Counted from the first letter of the stretch, positions 16,233 through 27,760 are shown. The stretch is DNA of 64,000 bases from Acidaminococcales bacterium (GCA_031290885.1 JAISLQ010000006.1:39639-103638); one strand, 5' to 3'. Notes: generated from the sequence alone by a model not told the origin. Numbers and translations: made by a program.

Positions 16233-17302
16233 TGTTTTTTCGCCCTTTCACGCAAAATATCGTTTATTTCTTTTAAAAGTTCGTCAAACAAAACGGCCTC
16301 CGGCACTTTGCGCAAAACGCGCCCCTTTTTGAACAGCAGCCCGGCGCCTTTGCCGCCCGCGATTCCAACATCGGCTTCACGGGCTTCGCCCGGGCCGTTC
16401 ACCACGCAGCCCATCACGGCGACGGTTATGGTGTCCTTTACGCCGGCCAGTTCATCTTCCACCCGCAAAGCCAATTTTTCCAAATCGATCTCCGTGCGCC
16501 CGCAAGTCGGGCAGGCGATGACCGTCGGCCCGTACGGGCGCAGCCCCAACGCCTTCAATATCTCGCGCCCCGCCTTTGCTTCCTCGACCGGATCGCCCGT
16601 CAAGGACACCCTGAGCGTATCGCCTATGCCCATCGACAAAAGGGCGCCTATGCCCACCGCCGATTTTATCAGGCCGCTTCTCGGCGTACCCGCTTCCGTA
16701 ATCCCGATGTGCAATGGATAGTCAGTCGCTTCAGCCGCCAGTTTATAGGCGTTTATGGTCAAGGGCGCGTCATGCGCTTTTAGGGAAAGTTTGATGTCCG
16801 TAAAGCCCCAGCCTTCCAGCAAGGCGGCGTTTCTAAGCGCCGCTTCGAGCAAGGCTTCCGGGCAGGGGCGCTCATATTTGCGCAAAATATCCGCCGGCAA
16901 AGAACCGGCGTTCACGCCTATCCTGATCGGCGCCCCGCGCGTTTTAGCCTTGTCCGCGACCCGGCGGACGTTAGCTTCTGCGCCGATATTGCCCGGATTG
17001 ATCCGCAGCCCGTCCGCCCCGGCGTCCAAGGCTGAAAGCGCCAGCCGGTAATCAAAATGGATGTCCGCGATCAGGGGCAGGGCGATCGCTTGCTTGATAT
17101 AGGGCAGGGCGGCGGCCGCCCGCTCATCCGGGACGGCGACGCGGACAATGTCGCAGCCGGCCGCCGCCAGCGCGTTTATTTGCGCGATGGTCGCCGCCGT
17201 CTCGTGCGTTTTGGTATTGGTCATGGACTGAACGGAGATCGGGGCGCCGCCGCCCACCAAAAGCCCGCCCAGCCTTATTTGCCGGCTTTTCCTACGCTGC
17301 AT
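16229..17302 (-). CDS. ispG: 4-hydroxy-3-methylbut-2-en-1-yl diphosphate synthase
   Basis: The 357-aa ORF shows [56 protein letters not shown] and CPTCGRT, followed by a [4Fe-4S] Cys motif. Confidence 0.95.
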   Translation of the reverse strand: MQRRKSRQIRLGGLLVGGGAPISVQSMTNTKTHETAATIAQINALAAAGCDIVRVAVPDERAAAALPYIKQAIALPLIADIHFDYRLALSALDAGADGLRINPGNIGAEANVRRVADKAKTRGAPIRIGVNAGSLPADILRKYERPCPEALLEAALRNAALLEGWGFTDIKLSLKAHDAPLTINAYKLAAEATDYPLHIGITEAGTPRSGLIKSAVGIGALLSMGIGDTLRVSLTGDPVEEAKAGREILKALGLRPYGPTVIACPTCGRTEIDLEKLALRVEDELAGVKDTITVAVMGCVVNGPGEAREADVGIAGGKGAGLLFKKGRVLRKVPEAVLFDELLKEINDILRERAKKQ

Positions 17303-17312
17303 GGAGGCATCC

Positions 17313-18344
17313 TCAAAAAAGATTTAACCTGCCTATATCCTGTAAAGTGGAAAAAATAAGCAAAAAGAACAAAAGCGCCAGCCCCACATATTGTACGCGC
17401 CTGGCCATTTTCAGGCTCAGCGGCCTTCCCATCGCCGCTTCCGCCAAAAGTGTCGCGACATGCCCCCCGTCCAATACCGGAACCGGGAAAAGGTTTATAA
17501 TGCCGAGGTTGATACTGAGAAAAGCGGTAAAATTCAAAAGCGGCAAAAAACCGTACTGCGCCACTTCCCCCGCCATGCGCGCGACTCCCAGCGGCCCGGC
17601 GAGGTCCGCCTGCTGCCTGCCGGACAAAAGCGAGTAAAAGCCTTTGAGCATTTCAAGCGCCAGGGTATAAGTTTGTACAAAGGCCGTTTCCAGCGCTTCC
17701 CAAAGGCCGGGGCGATAAGTCTTGGTTTGGGCGCTCACGCCAATCAAGGCGCGTTTGCTTTTTTCATCGTAGCGCGGCGTTATGTCTACGGGAAACTCGG
17801 CGCCGCCGCGCCTGATGAGCAAACGCACGCTCTGGCCGCCTTTTGTCTTTACCGCGTCCACAAGCTGGCTCCAAGTCGCGATTTTTTCGCCGTTTACCGA
17901 CAAGGCCTCGTCCCCCGGTTCAAGCCCGGCCAAAGCGGCCGGGTAGCCGTCCATGATCGCGCCGAAAACCGGCAGGTCCACCGGCTTTTGCACCCCGGCG
18001 AAAAATATCACCAAAAAAAACAGCGCGATCGGCAACATGAGGTTCATAAACGATCCGGCGACAATGACGATCAAGCGTTTCAATAAAGATTGCCGGTCAA
18101 AGTTTCGCGGATCCTGCGGATCGTCGGGATCCATGCCGGCGATCTTCGTATAGCCGCCAAGCGGGATGCTTCGCAGCGAATACAAAGTTTCCCCTTTTTG
18201 CTTTTTATAAAGGCCGGGCCCAAAGCCAACGGCAAATTCCAGCACTTTCATCCCGGACAGCTTCGCCGCCGCGAAGTGGCCGAATTCATGTACGGAAACG
18301 AGTATCCCGAACACAAACAACGTCGCCAATATAGTCGTAAACAT
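17313..18344 (-). CDS. rseP: RIP zinc metalloprotease RseP/RasP (site-2 protease, M50)
   Basis: It has the HEFGHF zinc motif near the N-terminus, a PDZ-like middle region, a C-terminal NLFPVPVLDGG motif, and several TM segments. Confidence 0.9.
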   Translation of the reverse strand: MFTTILATLFVFGILVSVHEFGHFAAAKLSGMKVLEFAVGFGPGLYKKQKGETLYSLRSIPLGGYTKIAGMDPDDPQDPRNFDRQSLLKRLIVIVAGSFMNLMLPIALFFLVIFFAGVQKPVDLPVFGAIMDGYPAALAGLEPGDEALSVNGEKIATWSQLVDAVKTKGGQSVRLLIRRGGAEFPVDITPRYDEKSKRALIGVSAQTKTYRPGLWEALETAFVQTYTLALEMLKGFYSLLSGRQQADLAGPLGVARMAGEVAQYGFLPLLNFTAFLSINLGIINLFPVPVLDGGHVATLLAEAAMGRPLSLKMARRVQYVGLALLFFLLIFSTLQDIGRLNLF

Positions 18345-18383
18345 GATGCTGCCCTCCCTTTGGATAGTCCGCCCGCGCCGCCG

Positions 18384-19532
18384 CTATCCGGCGGAAAACT
18401 CCGCAGCCATCGCGCGCGCCCTTTCGTCGGCGCGCAAAATGTCCGGCAAAGACGGCTCTGCCGGCGCGGCGTGTCCGGACATGGCGTATTCTATGCAGCC
18501 AGGTATGTCAAGGTAGCCGATCCTGCCCTTAATAAAGTCCGCTACCGCCTGTTCATTGGCCGCGTTGTAAACGCACGGCATGACGCCGCCCATCTTCCCC
18601 GCGCGCAAGGCCAGGGAAAGCGCCGGGAAAGTTTCCAAGTCCGGCCGCTCAAAAGTCAGCCCGGACAGTTGAAAAAAATCCAAACGGCCAAAATCGGACG
18701 GCCATCTGTCCGGGCAGGAAAAAGCGTACTGTATCGGCGTTTTCATGTCCGGCAGCCCCAACTGCGCAATAACCGCTCCGTCCGTGTATTCAATCATGGA
18801 ATGTACAATGCTTTGCGGATGCACGATTACTTCTATGTTATCATAATCCACGCCGAACAGCCAGTACGCTTCTATTATTTCCAAGCCTTTGTTGGCGAGG
18901 GTGGAAGAATCGATCGTGATTTTCGGGCCCATCCGCCAATTGGGGTGTTTCAGGCAGTCAGATGGCGTCGCCTTTGCCAAAGCCCGGCGGTCCATGCCGC
19001 GGAACGGCCCGCCGGAGGCGGTGAGAAGTATTTTTCGTATGTTTTTTTTGTCTTCGCCGTTTAATGCTTGGAAAATGGCGCTATGTTCGCTGTCCACCGG
19101 CAATACGCGGCAGCCGCGCCGCGCCGCTTCCCGCATGACGAGGCCGCCGGCGGCCACCAAAGTTTCTTTGTTGGCCAAAGCTATGTCTTTGCCCGCCCCA
19201 ATAGCGGCCAAGGTGGGTTTCAATCCCGCAAAGCCCGACATGGCGGCCAGCAGCATATCGGTATGTTCATAGACGGCGGCTTCCTCCAAGCCTTCTTCGC
19301 CGGAGAGTATCCTTGTTTTTCCCCGGTAATCCGCACGAAGGCGCCCCGCCGCCGACTCGTCGGCTAAAACCGCGATGTCAGGCTCAAATTGTTCCATCTG
19401 CTCCCGTAAAAGCCGGACGTTGGCATTGGCGGCCAAAACGCGTATTTTTATTTTGTCCTTGTGGGCAAAAGCGACTTGAAGCGCCTGTCGCCCTATGGAT
19501 CCCGTACTGCCGAAAACAGCTATGTTTTTCAA
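18384..19532 (-). CDS. dxr: 1-deoxy-D-xylulose 5-phosphate reductoisomerase
   Basis: The 382-aa ORF shows MKNIAVFGSTGSIGRQAL, LANKETLV, PVDSEHSAIFQ, LTASGGPFR, NWRMGPKITIDSSTLANKGLE and HPQSIVHSM. Confidence 0.95.
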   Translation of the reverse strand: MKNIAVFGSTGSIGRQALQVAFAHKDKIKIRVLAANANVRLLREQMEQFEPDIAVLADESAAGRLRADYRGKTRILSGEEGLEEAAVYEHTDMLLAAMSGFAGLKPTLAAIGAGKDIALANKETLVAAGGLVMREAARRGCRVLPVDSEHSAIFQALNGEDKKNIRKILLTASGGPFRGMDRRALAKATPSDCLKHPNWRMGPKITIDSSTLANKGLEIIEAYWLFGVDYDNIEVIVHPQSIVHSMIEYTDGAVIAQLGLPDMKTPIQYAFSCPDRWPSDFGRLDFFQLSGLTFERPDLETFPALSLALRAGKMGGVMPCVYNAANEQAVADFIKGRIGYLDIPGCIEYAMSGHAAPAEPSLPDILRADERARAMAAEFSAG

Positions 19533-19611
19533 GCCAAACCACCTTGTCTGAAATCAGGGCCTGTTAACGCTATCCAAAAATATGGGCGTTGAACGGTAGC
19601 TTTAACAGGAT

Positions 19612-20490
19612 CTAAAGCAAAGATAAATACGCGCACACAACCGGCGCCGCGAACAAAAGGCTGTCTATGCGGTCAAGCGCGCCGCCGTGCCCGGGAAACA
19701 AAGCCCCGGAATCTTTGACGCCAAAAAAACGTTTGAGCCATGACTCGACCAAGTCGCCCAAAGGCGCAAAGACGCCGATCAACACCCCGATTAGCGGCAG
19801 ATTTATCTTCCCGCCCGCAAATTCCAAAAAACCGGGCGCGGGAACCGTAAAGCCTTCCAACCCCAAAACGCGCCCGCCCAAAAAGCATACGGCCGCCACG
19901 CAGCCCAAAAAGCCGCCGCAAGCTCCTTCCCAGGATTTGTTCGGGCTGATGGCCGGGCAAAGTTTGGCGCGGCCGAAAGCCGTGCCGACAAAATAGGCGC
20001 AAGTGTCGCTCGCCCAAACGCCGGCGGCCGTCAGCCAGAAGGCGGCCTCGCCCGCAGGCATGCGACCGAAAAAAGTGTCAAGCGCGGTCTCTGGCCACAG
20101 GTTTCTTAATAAGATAAATTGGGAAGAAAAAATGCCTATATAGCAAAACGCAAAAAGCGTAAAAAGGCTTTTTTGCAGGGAATTGTCCTCTTTATGGCGA
20201 CAAACGCCTTCGCTTAAAACAGACAGCACGGCCAGCGCTGCAATAAAACCGGCCAATGGCCGGCGGCCTGGAAAACAAGCGGCTGCGCATAGGATAAATA
20301 CAGGCGCCGCGCCTGTCAAAAAGTAGATGCCGATATTTTTCCGCGCTGCCATTTTGTTCAGTTCCCAGAGGGAAGCGGCCGCCAAAAAAATCACCGCCGC
20401 CAAAAAAACGCCGCCGCCGGCGTGAACCAGCGCTATGACGGCCGGCAGCCCAACGATGGCGGTCAATAGCCTTTTGGACAACAAAGCCAA
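19612..20490 (-). CDS. cdsA: Phosphatidate cytidylyltransferase
   Basis: The 292-aa polytopic membrane protein has the C-terminal motifs SPNKSWEG, KRFFGVKDSGALFPGHGGALDRIDS. Confidence 0.9.
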   Translation of the reverse strand: MALLSKRLLTAIVGLPAVIALVHAGGGVFLAAVIFLAAASLWELNKMAARKNIGIYFLTGAAPVFILCAAACFPGRRPLAGFIAALAVLSVLSEGVCRHKEDNSLQKSLFTLFAFCYIGIFSSQFILLRNLWPETALDTFFGRMPAGEAAFWLTAAGVWASDTCAYFVGTAFGRAKLCPAISPNKSWEGACGGFLGCVAAVCFLGGRVLGLEGFTVPAPGFLEFAGGKINLPLIGVLIGVFAPLGDLVESWLKRFFGVKDSGALFPGHGGALDRIDSLLFAAPVVCAYLSLL

Positions 20491-20494
20491 GCAC

Positions 20495-21253
20495 CTACCC
20501 GTCCTTTATGGCGCCAAACCGCCGCTCGCGCCTCTGATATTCATATATGGCGCGGCAAAGGCCGTCTTTGTTGAAATCCGGCCAGAACACGTCCACAAAA
20601 CATATCTCGGCGTAAGCCGCCTGCCACAAAAGAAAATTGCTTACGCGCATGTCCCCGCCGGTCCGGATCAAAAGATCCAGCCCGGGGAGGCTCGCCGTGT
20701 ATAAATATTGGGCAAACAGATCGACGGTTATTTCAATGTCGCCTATTTTGCCGTCCGCCTTGTCCCGGATTATATGATTGGCCGCCCGGACAATTTCCGC
20801 CTGCCCGCCGTAATTTACCGCCAGATTAAGCGTCAGGCCGGTATTGGGGGCGGTTATTTTTACCGTTTTTTCCGCCTTTTCCCGCACTTTGCCGGGCAGG
20901 GCGGCGATGTCGCCGCTAAAGACAACCCTGACGTTTTCTTTGTTGAGGTTGTTGATTTCCCCTGTCAAATAAAGATCCAGCAGGTTCATCAGAAAATTAA
21001 CTTCATAAGCCGGCCTTTTCCAGTTTTCGGTGGAAAAGGCGTAAGCGGTTACGGCTTTTACGCCAAGTTCGCCGGCCGCGCGCGCAACCGCGCGCAAAGC
21101 GTCGGCGCCCGCTTTATGCCCGGCCGTCCGCGGCAAACCCCGCTGCCTGGCCCAGCGGCCGTTGCCGTCCATAATGACCGCGATATGCCCGGGGATTTTT
21201 TGCTTGTCCAGCAAATTTTCCGCCGCGCCTGTCTGCTCGTGCCCGCAATCCAT
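20495..21253 (-). CDS. uppS: Di-trans,poly-cis-undecaprenyl-diphosphate synthase
   Basis: PGHIAVIMDGNGRWA, GHKAG, TAYAFSTENWKRP, DLLIRTGGDMRVSNFLLWQAAYAE and RRERRFG are present. I chose the ATG at 21253 (MDCGHEQ). The ORF-track extension to 21469 is Arg-rich and overlaps a ferredoxin gene in another frame. Confidence 0.92.
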   Translation of the reverse strand: MDCGHEQTGAAENLLDKQKIPGHIAVIMDGNGRWARQRGLPRTAGHKAGADALRAVARAAGELGVKAVTAYAFSTENWKRPAYEVNFLMNLLDLYLTGEINNLNKENVRVVFSGDIAALPGKVREKAEKTVKITAPNTGLTLNLAVNYGGQAEIVRAANHIIRDKADGKIGDIEITVDLFAQYLYTASLPGLDLLIRTGGDMRVSNFLLWQAAYAEICFVDVFWPDFNKDGLCRAIYEYQRRERRFGAIKDG

Positions 21254-21327
21254 CGACTTGTCCCCTGTCGTCCATAAAGATACGCCCCCCTCCGCCAAAG
21301 AAGGGGGGCAGACAAAACACGCGCCGG

Positions 21328-21492
21328 TCAGGGCGCCTCGATGGCGCCTACCGGGCAGCCGGCGGCGCAAGCGCCACATTCTACGCAAGAATCGCCGATT
21401 ACATAAGGCGAGCCTTCTTTTATCGCTTCCACCGGGCAAGTTGAAGCGCAAGCGCCGCAACCCACGCAACTGCTGTTGATTTTATATGCCAT
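21328..21492 (-). CDS. fdx: Clostridial-type 2x[4Fe-4S] ferredoxin (54 aa; below the ORF-track size cutoff)
   Basis: My own minus-strand translation gives MAYKINSSCVGCGACASTCPVEAIKEGSPYVIGDSCVECGACAAGCPVGAIEAP, then a stop. It contains two CxxCxxCxxxCP motifs. An AAGGAGG RBS lies 8 nt upstream of the ATG at 21492. Confidence 0.85.
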   Translation of the reverse strand: MAYKINSSCVGCGACASTCPVEAIKEGSPYVIGDSCVECGACAAGCPVGAIEAP

Positions 21493-21648
21493 AATTTAAC
21501 ACCTCCTTGTCTTAATTTCGCCACGGGACTCCAAGGACAAGGAATTTATATTCTCCGTTTCCCCGAAAGCCCCCTATATTCAAATCTTTTATGTATGCCG
21601 GAAACCGCCGGACTGGCCCCGCCCATGGCGCCCGCAAAGGTCTTCCCG

Positions 21649-21915
21649 TCAATCGCCGGCGCTGCGGCGGACAGCTTCCCGCGCCGGTTTGTCGCAGAGC
21701 AGAAGCTCTACCGTCCCGTCCCGGGCAATTTTAAGATTGGCCACATATTGCTCGGTTGGCCCGCCGGCGCGCGCAAAAGGCGCCAACGTCCTGCCGGCGG
21801 CATAAGGGCGTCCGGCCGCTTCAAGGCGCTCCTTGGCCTCTTGAAAAGTAAGGGCCAAAAGATCGGGGCTTTCCGCCGTCAGACTTCCATCACTTCTTTT
21901 TCTTTCTGCTGGCAT
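21649..21915 (-). CDS. Hypothetical small protein (PASTA-like pattern)
   Basis: The 88-aa ORF contains PDLLALTFQEAKERLEAAGRPY....GGPTEQYVANLKIARDGTVELLL, which resembles a small beta-alpha domain. Its ATG overlaps the frr 3' end by 37 nt, and I found no convincing RBS. Confidence 0.35.
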   Translation of the reverse strand: MPAERKRSDGSLTAESPDLLALTFQEAKERLEAAGRPYAAGRTLAPFARAGGPTEQYVANLKIARDGTVELLLCDKPAREAVRRSAGD

Positions 21916-22442
21916 ATTTGATCCGCTTCTTTAACATATTTGTCGGTGATTTTTTGCATGGCTTCCTGGGCCTTTTTGGCCTCGTCCTCTGAAACCGCCT
22001 TGTCCTTTTCCTCTTTTTTGATTATATCATTGGCGTCGCGCCGCATGTTTCTGATGGCAACCTTGCATTCCTCGCATTTTTTCTTGACTATTTTTACTAT
22101 TTCCTGCCGCCTCTGTTCGGTGAGCTGCGGAATGGCCAGCCTGATAATCGCCCCGTCATTATTGGGGTTCAAGCCGAGGTCTGATTTCAAAATCGCTTTT
22201 TCGATATTTTTCAGCAGGTTTTTTTCCCAAGGCTGGATGACTATCGCTCGCGGTTCCGGCACTGAAATGTTGGCTACTTGGTTTATCGGGGCGGGCGTCC
22301 CGTAATAATCGACCGTAATCTTGTCCAAGAGCGCGGGCGTGGCTCTGCCCGCCCTGATTGAGGCGTAATCGGAACGCAGTATGTCAATGGCCTTTTTCAT
22401 CCTGCCTTCATGGTCTGATTGAATTTCGGAAATGCTGCCCAT
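21879..22442 (-). CDS. frr: Ribosome recycling factor
   Basis: The 187-aa ORF shows RMKKAIDILRSDYASIRAGRATPALLDKITVDYYGTPAPINQVANISVPEPR, IPQLTEQRRQEIVK and the C-terminal DEAKKAQEAMQKITDKY. Confidence 0.95.
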   Translation of the reverse strand: MGSISEIQSDHEGRMKKAIDILRSDYASIRAGRATPALLDKITVDYYGTPAPINQVANISVPEPRAIVIQPWEKNLLKNIEKAILKSDLGLNPNNDGAIIRLAIPQLTEQRRQEIVKIVKKKCEECKVAIRNMRRDANDIIKKEEKDKAVSEDEAKKAQEAMQKITDKYVKEADQICQQKEKEVMEV

Positions 22443-22445
22443 GAT

Positions 22446-23168
22446 TTATCCCCCTTCTATAATTGTACCAATTTCTTCGCCGTTTGCAACCCTCAATATA
22501 TTGCCGGGCCGGTCTATATTGAACACGATGATAGGTATTTTGTTGTCCATGCAAAGGCTGACCGCTGTGGAATCCATAACGGCCAGGCCGCGCTTTATCA
22601 CTTCCAGATAAGGAAGGCGGCTGAACTTGACCGCGTTCCGATTGGCCTGCGGATCGCAGTCGTATACGCCGTCAACATTGGTCTTGCCCATGAGTATGGC
22701 GTCCGCCTCTATTTCCGCCGCCCGGAGCGCCGCCGTCGTATCGGTGGAAAAATACGGGTTGCCTGTGCCGGCGGCAAAAATGACGACGCGCCTTTTTTCA
22801 AGGTGCCTGATAGCGCGGCGCCTGATATACGGTTCCGCTATCTGCCGCATTTCTATGGCGGTCTGCACCCTCGTAACAACGCCTAAAGACTCCAAGGCGT
22901 CCTGCAGCGCAAGCGAATTGATGACCGTGGCCAGCATCCCCATATAATCGGCCGATGCCCTGTCCATGCCCTGAGAACTGCCGGAAAGTCCGCGCCAGAT
23001 GTTGCCGCCGCCGTTTACGACGGCTATTTCTATGCCGCTGCGGTTCACTTCCCGTATCTGGGCGGCTATCGCCTCCACGATTTCGGGGTCTATGCCGTAG
23101 CCTCGTTTACCGGTCAGGGCCTCGCCGCTTAATTTGAGCACAATCCGGCGAAACGCGCTTTTTGTCAT
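22446..23168 (-). CDS. pyrH: UMP kinase
   Basis: [58 protein letters not shown] and DGVYDCDP are present. The ATG at 23168 follows a GGGAGGG RBS. Confidence 0.95.
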   Translation of the reverse strand: MTKSAFRRIVLKLSGEALTGKRGYGIDPEIVEAIAAQIREVNRSGIEIAVVNGGGNIWRGLSGSSQGMDRASADYMGMLATVINSLALQDALESLGVVTRVQTAIEMRQIAEPYIRRRAIRHLEKRRVVIFAAGTGNPYFSTDTTAALRAAEIEADAILMGKTNVDGVYDCDPQANRNAVKFSRLPYLEVIKRGLAVMDSTAVSLCMDNKIPIIVFNIDRPGNILRVANGEEIGTIIEGG

Positions 23169-23196
23169 GGCCGTCCCTCCCAACACGGTAATTGTT

Positions 23197-23228
23197 ATAA
23201 AAAGGGAACACGGCGTGTTCCCTTTTTT
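23197..23228 (-). terminator. Stem-loop with flanking A/T runs between tsf and pyrH (terminator or attenuator)
   Basis: GGGAACAC / GTGTTCCC forms an 8-bp stem (23204-23222) with a 3-nt loop. It is flanked by an A-run on one side and a T-run on the other, so it reads as hairpin plus U-tract on the minus strand. Confidence 0.55.
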
Positions 23229-23878
23229 CAGTCTTTTTTTACAAACGCCATGACTTCGGCGGCAAAATCGGCGCTTTTTTTCTCTATGCCCTCGCCCAGC
23301 TGGTAACGCACGAAGCGGCGGATGGAAATGTTTTCCCCGATTTTAGCGATATTCTCGGTAAGCAGCTGGTTTATAGTCTTGTCCTCGTCCTTCACGAACG
23401 GTTGCTCCAGCAAACACACTTCCCTGTAATATTTTTCGATGCGCCCTTCAACCATCTTTTCAATGATTTTTTCGGGTTTGCCATCGTTACGCGCCTGCGC
23501 GCGCAGTATATCGCGCTCGTGTTCCAATATGCCCTCGGGCACTTCTTCCCGGTTAAGATAAAGCGGGTTGGCGGCCGCTATCTGCATGGCGATATCTTTG
23601 ACTAAAGTCTTGAAATCGCTTGTCTTGGCCACAAAATCAGTTTCGCAATTTACCTCGACCAATACGCCGAGCCTGCCGCCGCCGTGGATATAAGCTTCCA
23701 CCGCGCCTTCGCTCGCGATGCGGCCGGCCTTTTTCGCCGCCGCCGCCAGCCCTTTTTCTCTGAGCAGGTCAATGGCCTTTTCTATATTGCCGTCAGTTTC
23801 GGCCAGGGCTTTTTTGCAATCCATCATGCCCGCGCCGGTAATCTCGCGCAGTTGCTTAACCATAGCGGCTGTTATCAT
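23228..23878 (-). CDS. tsf: Translation elongation factor Ts
   Basis: [58 protein letters not shown] is present. The ATG at 23878 follows a GGGGAGGAAA RBS. Confidence 0.95.
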   Translation of the reverse strand: MITAAMVKQLREITGAGMMDCKKALAETDGNIEKAIDLLREKGLAAAAKKAGRIASEGAVEAYIHGGGRLGVLVEVNCETDFVAKTSDFKTLVKDIAMQIAAANPLYLNREEVPEGILEHERDILRAQARNDGKPEKIIEKMVEGRIEKYYREVCLLEQPFVKDEDKTINQLLTENIAKIGENISIRRFVRYQLGEGIEKKSADFAAEVMAFVKKD

Positions 23879-23940
23879 AAACTGTTTCCTCCCCAAAATC
23901 GTTCAAGATCATTATCAAGATCATTAGTCAGACAAAATTA

Positions 23941-24690
23941 TCAGACCGCCGCTTCCTCGTCGGCGCTGGCGTCCGGAGCGCCGCCGGCCGGCAGGTCGCG
24001 CAGCTGCATGCCTTGCCTTCCTTCCAAAACCGCATCGGCCATTTTCGCCGTAAGCAATTTGACCGCCCGGATCGCATCGTCATTGGCGGGTATGACATGA
24101 TCTATCTCGTCCGGATCGCAATTTGTATCGACAATGCCGACAATCGGGATTTTGAGCTTGCGCGCTTCCAGCACGGCGATCCTTTCTTTGCGCGGATCCA
24201 CGACAAAGAGCGCGCCCGGCAGTTTGCCCATTTCCTTTATCCCGGCGAGGAACTTGGTCAGGCGCGCCATTTCGTGCCTTAACGTAAGCACCTCTTTTTT
24301 CGGCAGGACGTCAAACGTCCCGTCGCTTTCCATTTTTTCCAATTGCCTGAGATGGTTTATCCGCTTCTGGATAGTTTGATAATTGGTGAGCATGCCGCCC
24401 AGCCATCTTTCGTTCACAAAAAACATGTTGCAGCGCGAAGCTTCCTCGCGCACCGCTTCCTGCGCCTGTTTTTTCGTGCCGACAAAAAGCACGCTTTTGC
24501 CGTCGGCGGAAACCGAACGCATAAAATTATACGCTTCCTCAATCTTTCTTACGGTTTTTTGCAAATCGATAATGTAGATGCCGTTGCGCTCCGTAAAAAT
24601 ATAGGGCGCCATTTTGGGGTTCCAGCGCCTTGTCTGATGCCCGAAGTGAACCCCCGCCTCCAGCAGTTGCTTCATTGAAATAATAGCCAT
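23941..24690 (-). CDS. rpsB: 30S ribosomal protein S2
   Basis: [46 protein letters not shown] is present. I chose the ATG at 24690, which follows a GGAGGGCAAAA RBS; the ORF track starts at 24771. Confidence 0.95.
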   Translation of the reverse strand: MAIISMKQLLEAGVHFGHQTRRWNPKMAPYIFTERNGIYIIDLQKTVRKIEEAYNFMRSVSADGKSVLFVGTKKQAQEAVREEASRCNMFFVNERWLGGMLTNYQTIQKRINHLRQLEKMESDGTFDVLPKKEVLTLRHEMARLTKFLAGIKEMGKLPGALFVVDPRKERIAVLEARKLKIPIVGIVDTNCDPDEIDHVIPANDDAIRAVKLLTAKMADAVLEGRQGMQLRDLPAGGAPDASADEEAAV

Positions 24691-24898
24691 TTTTGCCCTC
24701 CTGTTTTTCCTCCGCAAGCCATGTAAATCCGGCACAGGATGAAAAAAACTTGCGTGTGTTTTGTACATCAAGAGGCATTATAGCACAAACCGACGATAAA
24801 AGTCCAATAAAATATGGGGCAAGGGGCAAAAAGGACGGCAGACGGACAAGGAAGGGCAATGGATTCTTCCGTTCCCTTAAATTATTTTCAAAGGGGGG

Positions 24899-24927
24899 TT
24901 GATTTTTAAAAAACTTTTCTGTATTAT
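24899..24927 (+). promoter_or_regulatory. SigA-type promoter of groES-groEL
   Basis: TTGATT (24899-24904), a 17-nt spacer, then TATTAT (24922-24927), immediately upstream of CIRCE. Confidence 0.6.
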
Positions 24928-24937
24928 AGTAAATGGA

Positions 24938-24964
24938 TTAGCACTCAATGTTGATGAGTGCTAA
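24938..24964 (+). promoter_or_regulatory. CIRCE operator (HrcA binding site)
   Basis: An exact consensus inverted repeat, TTAGCACTC-N9-GAGTGCTAA, lies 38 nt upstream of the groES start. Confidence 0.95.
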
Positions 24965-25001
24965 CAATTAAAGAAAGATATCAATCAGGAGGTAGTAGAC
25001 A

Positions 25002-25295
25002 ATGTCAAAAACACTAAAACCACTTGCGGACAGAGTCATCATCGAAGTTCTGGCCAAAGAGGAGAAAACTAAAAGCGGGATCGTATTGCCGGATTCGGCG
25101 AAAGAAAAACCGCAGGAAGGAAAAATAATCGCCGCCGGTTCGGGCAAGATACTGGAAAACGGGCAAAGGGTCCCCATAGACGTCAAGGCGGGCGACAAAG
25201 TTATTTTTTCCAAATACGCCGGGACGGAAGTCAAGGTAGACGAAAAAGAATACCTGATTTTAAGCGAACGCGATATTCTCGCTGTCGTCGAATAG
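25002..25295 (+). CDS. groES: Co-chaperonin GroES
   Basis: The 97-aa ORF reads [43 protein letters not shown]...[15 protein letters not shown]. Confidence 0.97.
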   Translation: MSKTLKPLADRVIIEVLAKEEKTKSGIVLPDSAKEKPQEGKIIAAGSGKILENGQRVPIDVKAGDKVIFSKYAGTEVKVDEKEYLILSERDILAVVE

Positions 25296-25331
25296 TTGAC
25301 AAAAATATAAAACGTAAAAATTTGGAGGTAA

Positions 25332-26969
<1,638 letters not shown>

Positions 26970-27033
26970 CATTTGCCGCAATCGCCAAACGGCTGTTGCC
27001 GCAAAAAGCATTTTGCGCTTGAGCAAAACTTAA

Positions 27034-27068
27034 TTCAGCGGGAGCGATCGCTCCCGCTGAATATTTTT
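27034..27068. terminator. Bidirectional rho-independent terminator between groEL and the convergent ABC operon
   Basis: TTCAGCGGGAGCGATCGCTCCCGCTGAA is a perfect palindromic hairpin, followed by TATTTTT. An A/T-rich tract lies on the other side. Confidence 0.75.
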
Positions 27069-27091
27069 CCCGGACAAGCAGGCCGGCCGCG

Positions 27092-27760
27092 TTACAAGGG
27101 GCGCTTTTTTTCTTGCAAAGCGCCCTGCTTCAGATGGAGCCATCTATCGCAGCTTTCGGCCAGACGGCAGTCGTGCGTGACGATAATGGCGGCGCTGCCC
27201 CCGGCGCAGGCTAAAAACAATTGTTCGGAAACGATGCGCGCGTTTTCCTGGTCAAGGTCGTTAGTCGGCTCGTCGGCGAGCAAGATGGGGGGATTGGTCA
27301 AAAGCGCCCTGGCCAGCGCTACCCGCCGCAACTGCCCCAGGCTAAGTTCCTGCGGGCGGCAGTGCATTTTGCCCTCAAGCCCTAGCGCCGCCAACAAAGC
27401 CCGCGCTTTTTGCCCGCTGTCTTTGCCCCGCCGTATAAAACGGACGGGCGCAAGGACATTTTCCAGGGCGTTCAGGGAGTTTACCAGCCTGGCCCTTTGG
27501 AATATGAACCCGTAATAATTCCCCCTGAGTTTCGCTTTTTCCGCCTTCGTGGCTTGCGCCGTTTCGCGCCCGTCCAGCATTATCCGCCCGGAGCTGGCGT
27601 CCTGCAACAAACCGGCGAGGGACAAAAGGGTGGTCTTGCCGCCGCCCGATTCGCCCGTTATCGCCAAAGAAGTCCCCGGCGCGAGCGCGAAGCTGGCATC
27701 GGACAAAATTACGTCGCTGCCGTATTTTTTTGTTACGTTCATTAATTCTAAAATGGCCAA
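27092..27760 (-). CDS. ABC transporter ATP-binding protein (MacB/LolD/FtsE-like)
   Basis: It has Walker A GESGGGKTT, the signature LSLGQLRRVALARAL and Walker B ILLADEPTNDLD. The likely start is the TTG at 27760, 6 nt after GGAGG, giving LAILELMNVTKKYG. The ATG at 27742 is the alternative. Confidence 0.85.
   Translation of the reverse strand: MAILELMNVTKKYGSDVILSDASFALAPGTSLAITGESGGGKTTLLSLAGLLQDASSGRIMLDGRETAQATKAEKAKLRGNYYGFIFQRARLVNSLNALENVLAPVRFIRRGKDSGQKARALLAALGLEGKMHCRPQELSLGQLRRVALARALLTNPPILLADEPTNDLDQENARIVSEQLFLACAGGSAAIIVTHDCRLAESCDRWLHLKQGALQEKKRPL

Noticed and set aside
21254-21469. An N-terminal 72-aa extension of the uppS ORF in the track.
   Set aside because: The extension is Arg/Leu-rich nonsense and overlaps a well-formed ferredoxin gene in another frame. 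Conserved UppS sequence begins shortly after the ATG at 21253, which has its own purine-rich RBS.
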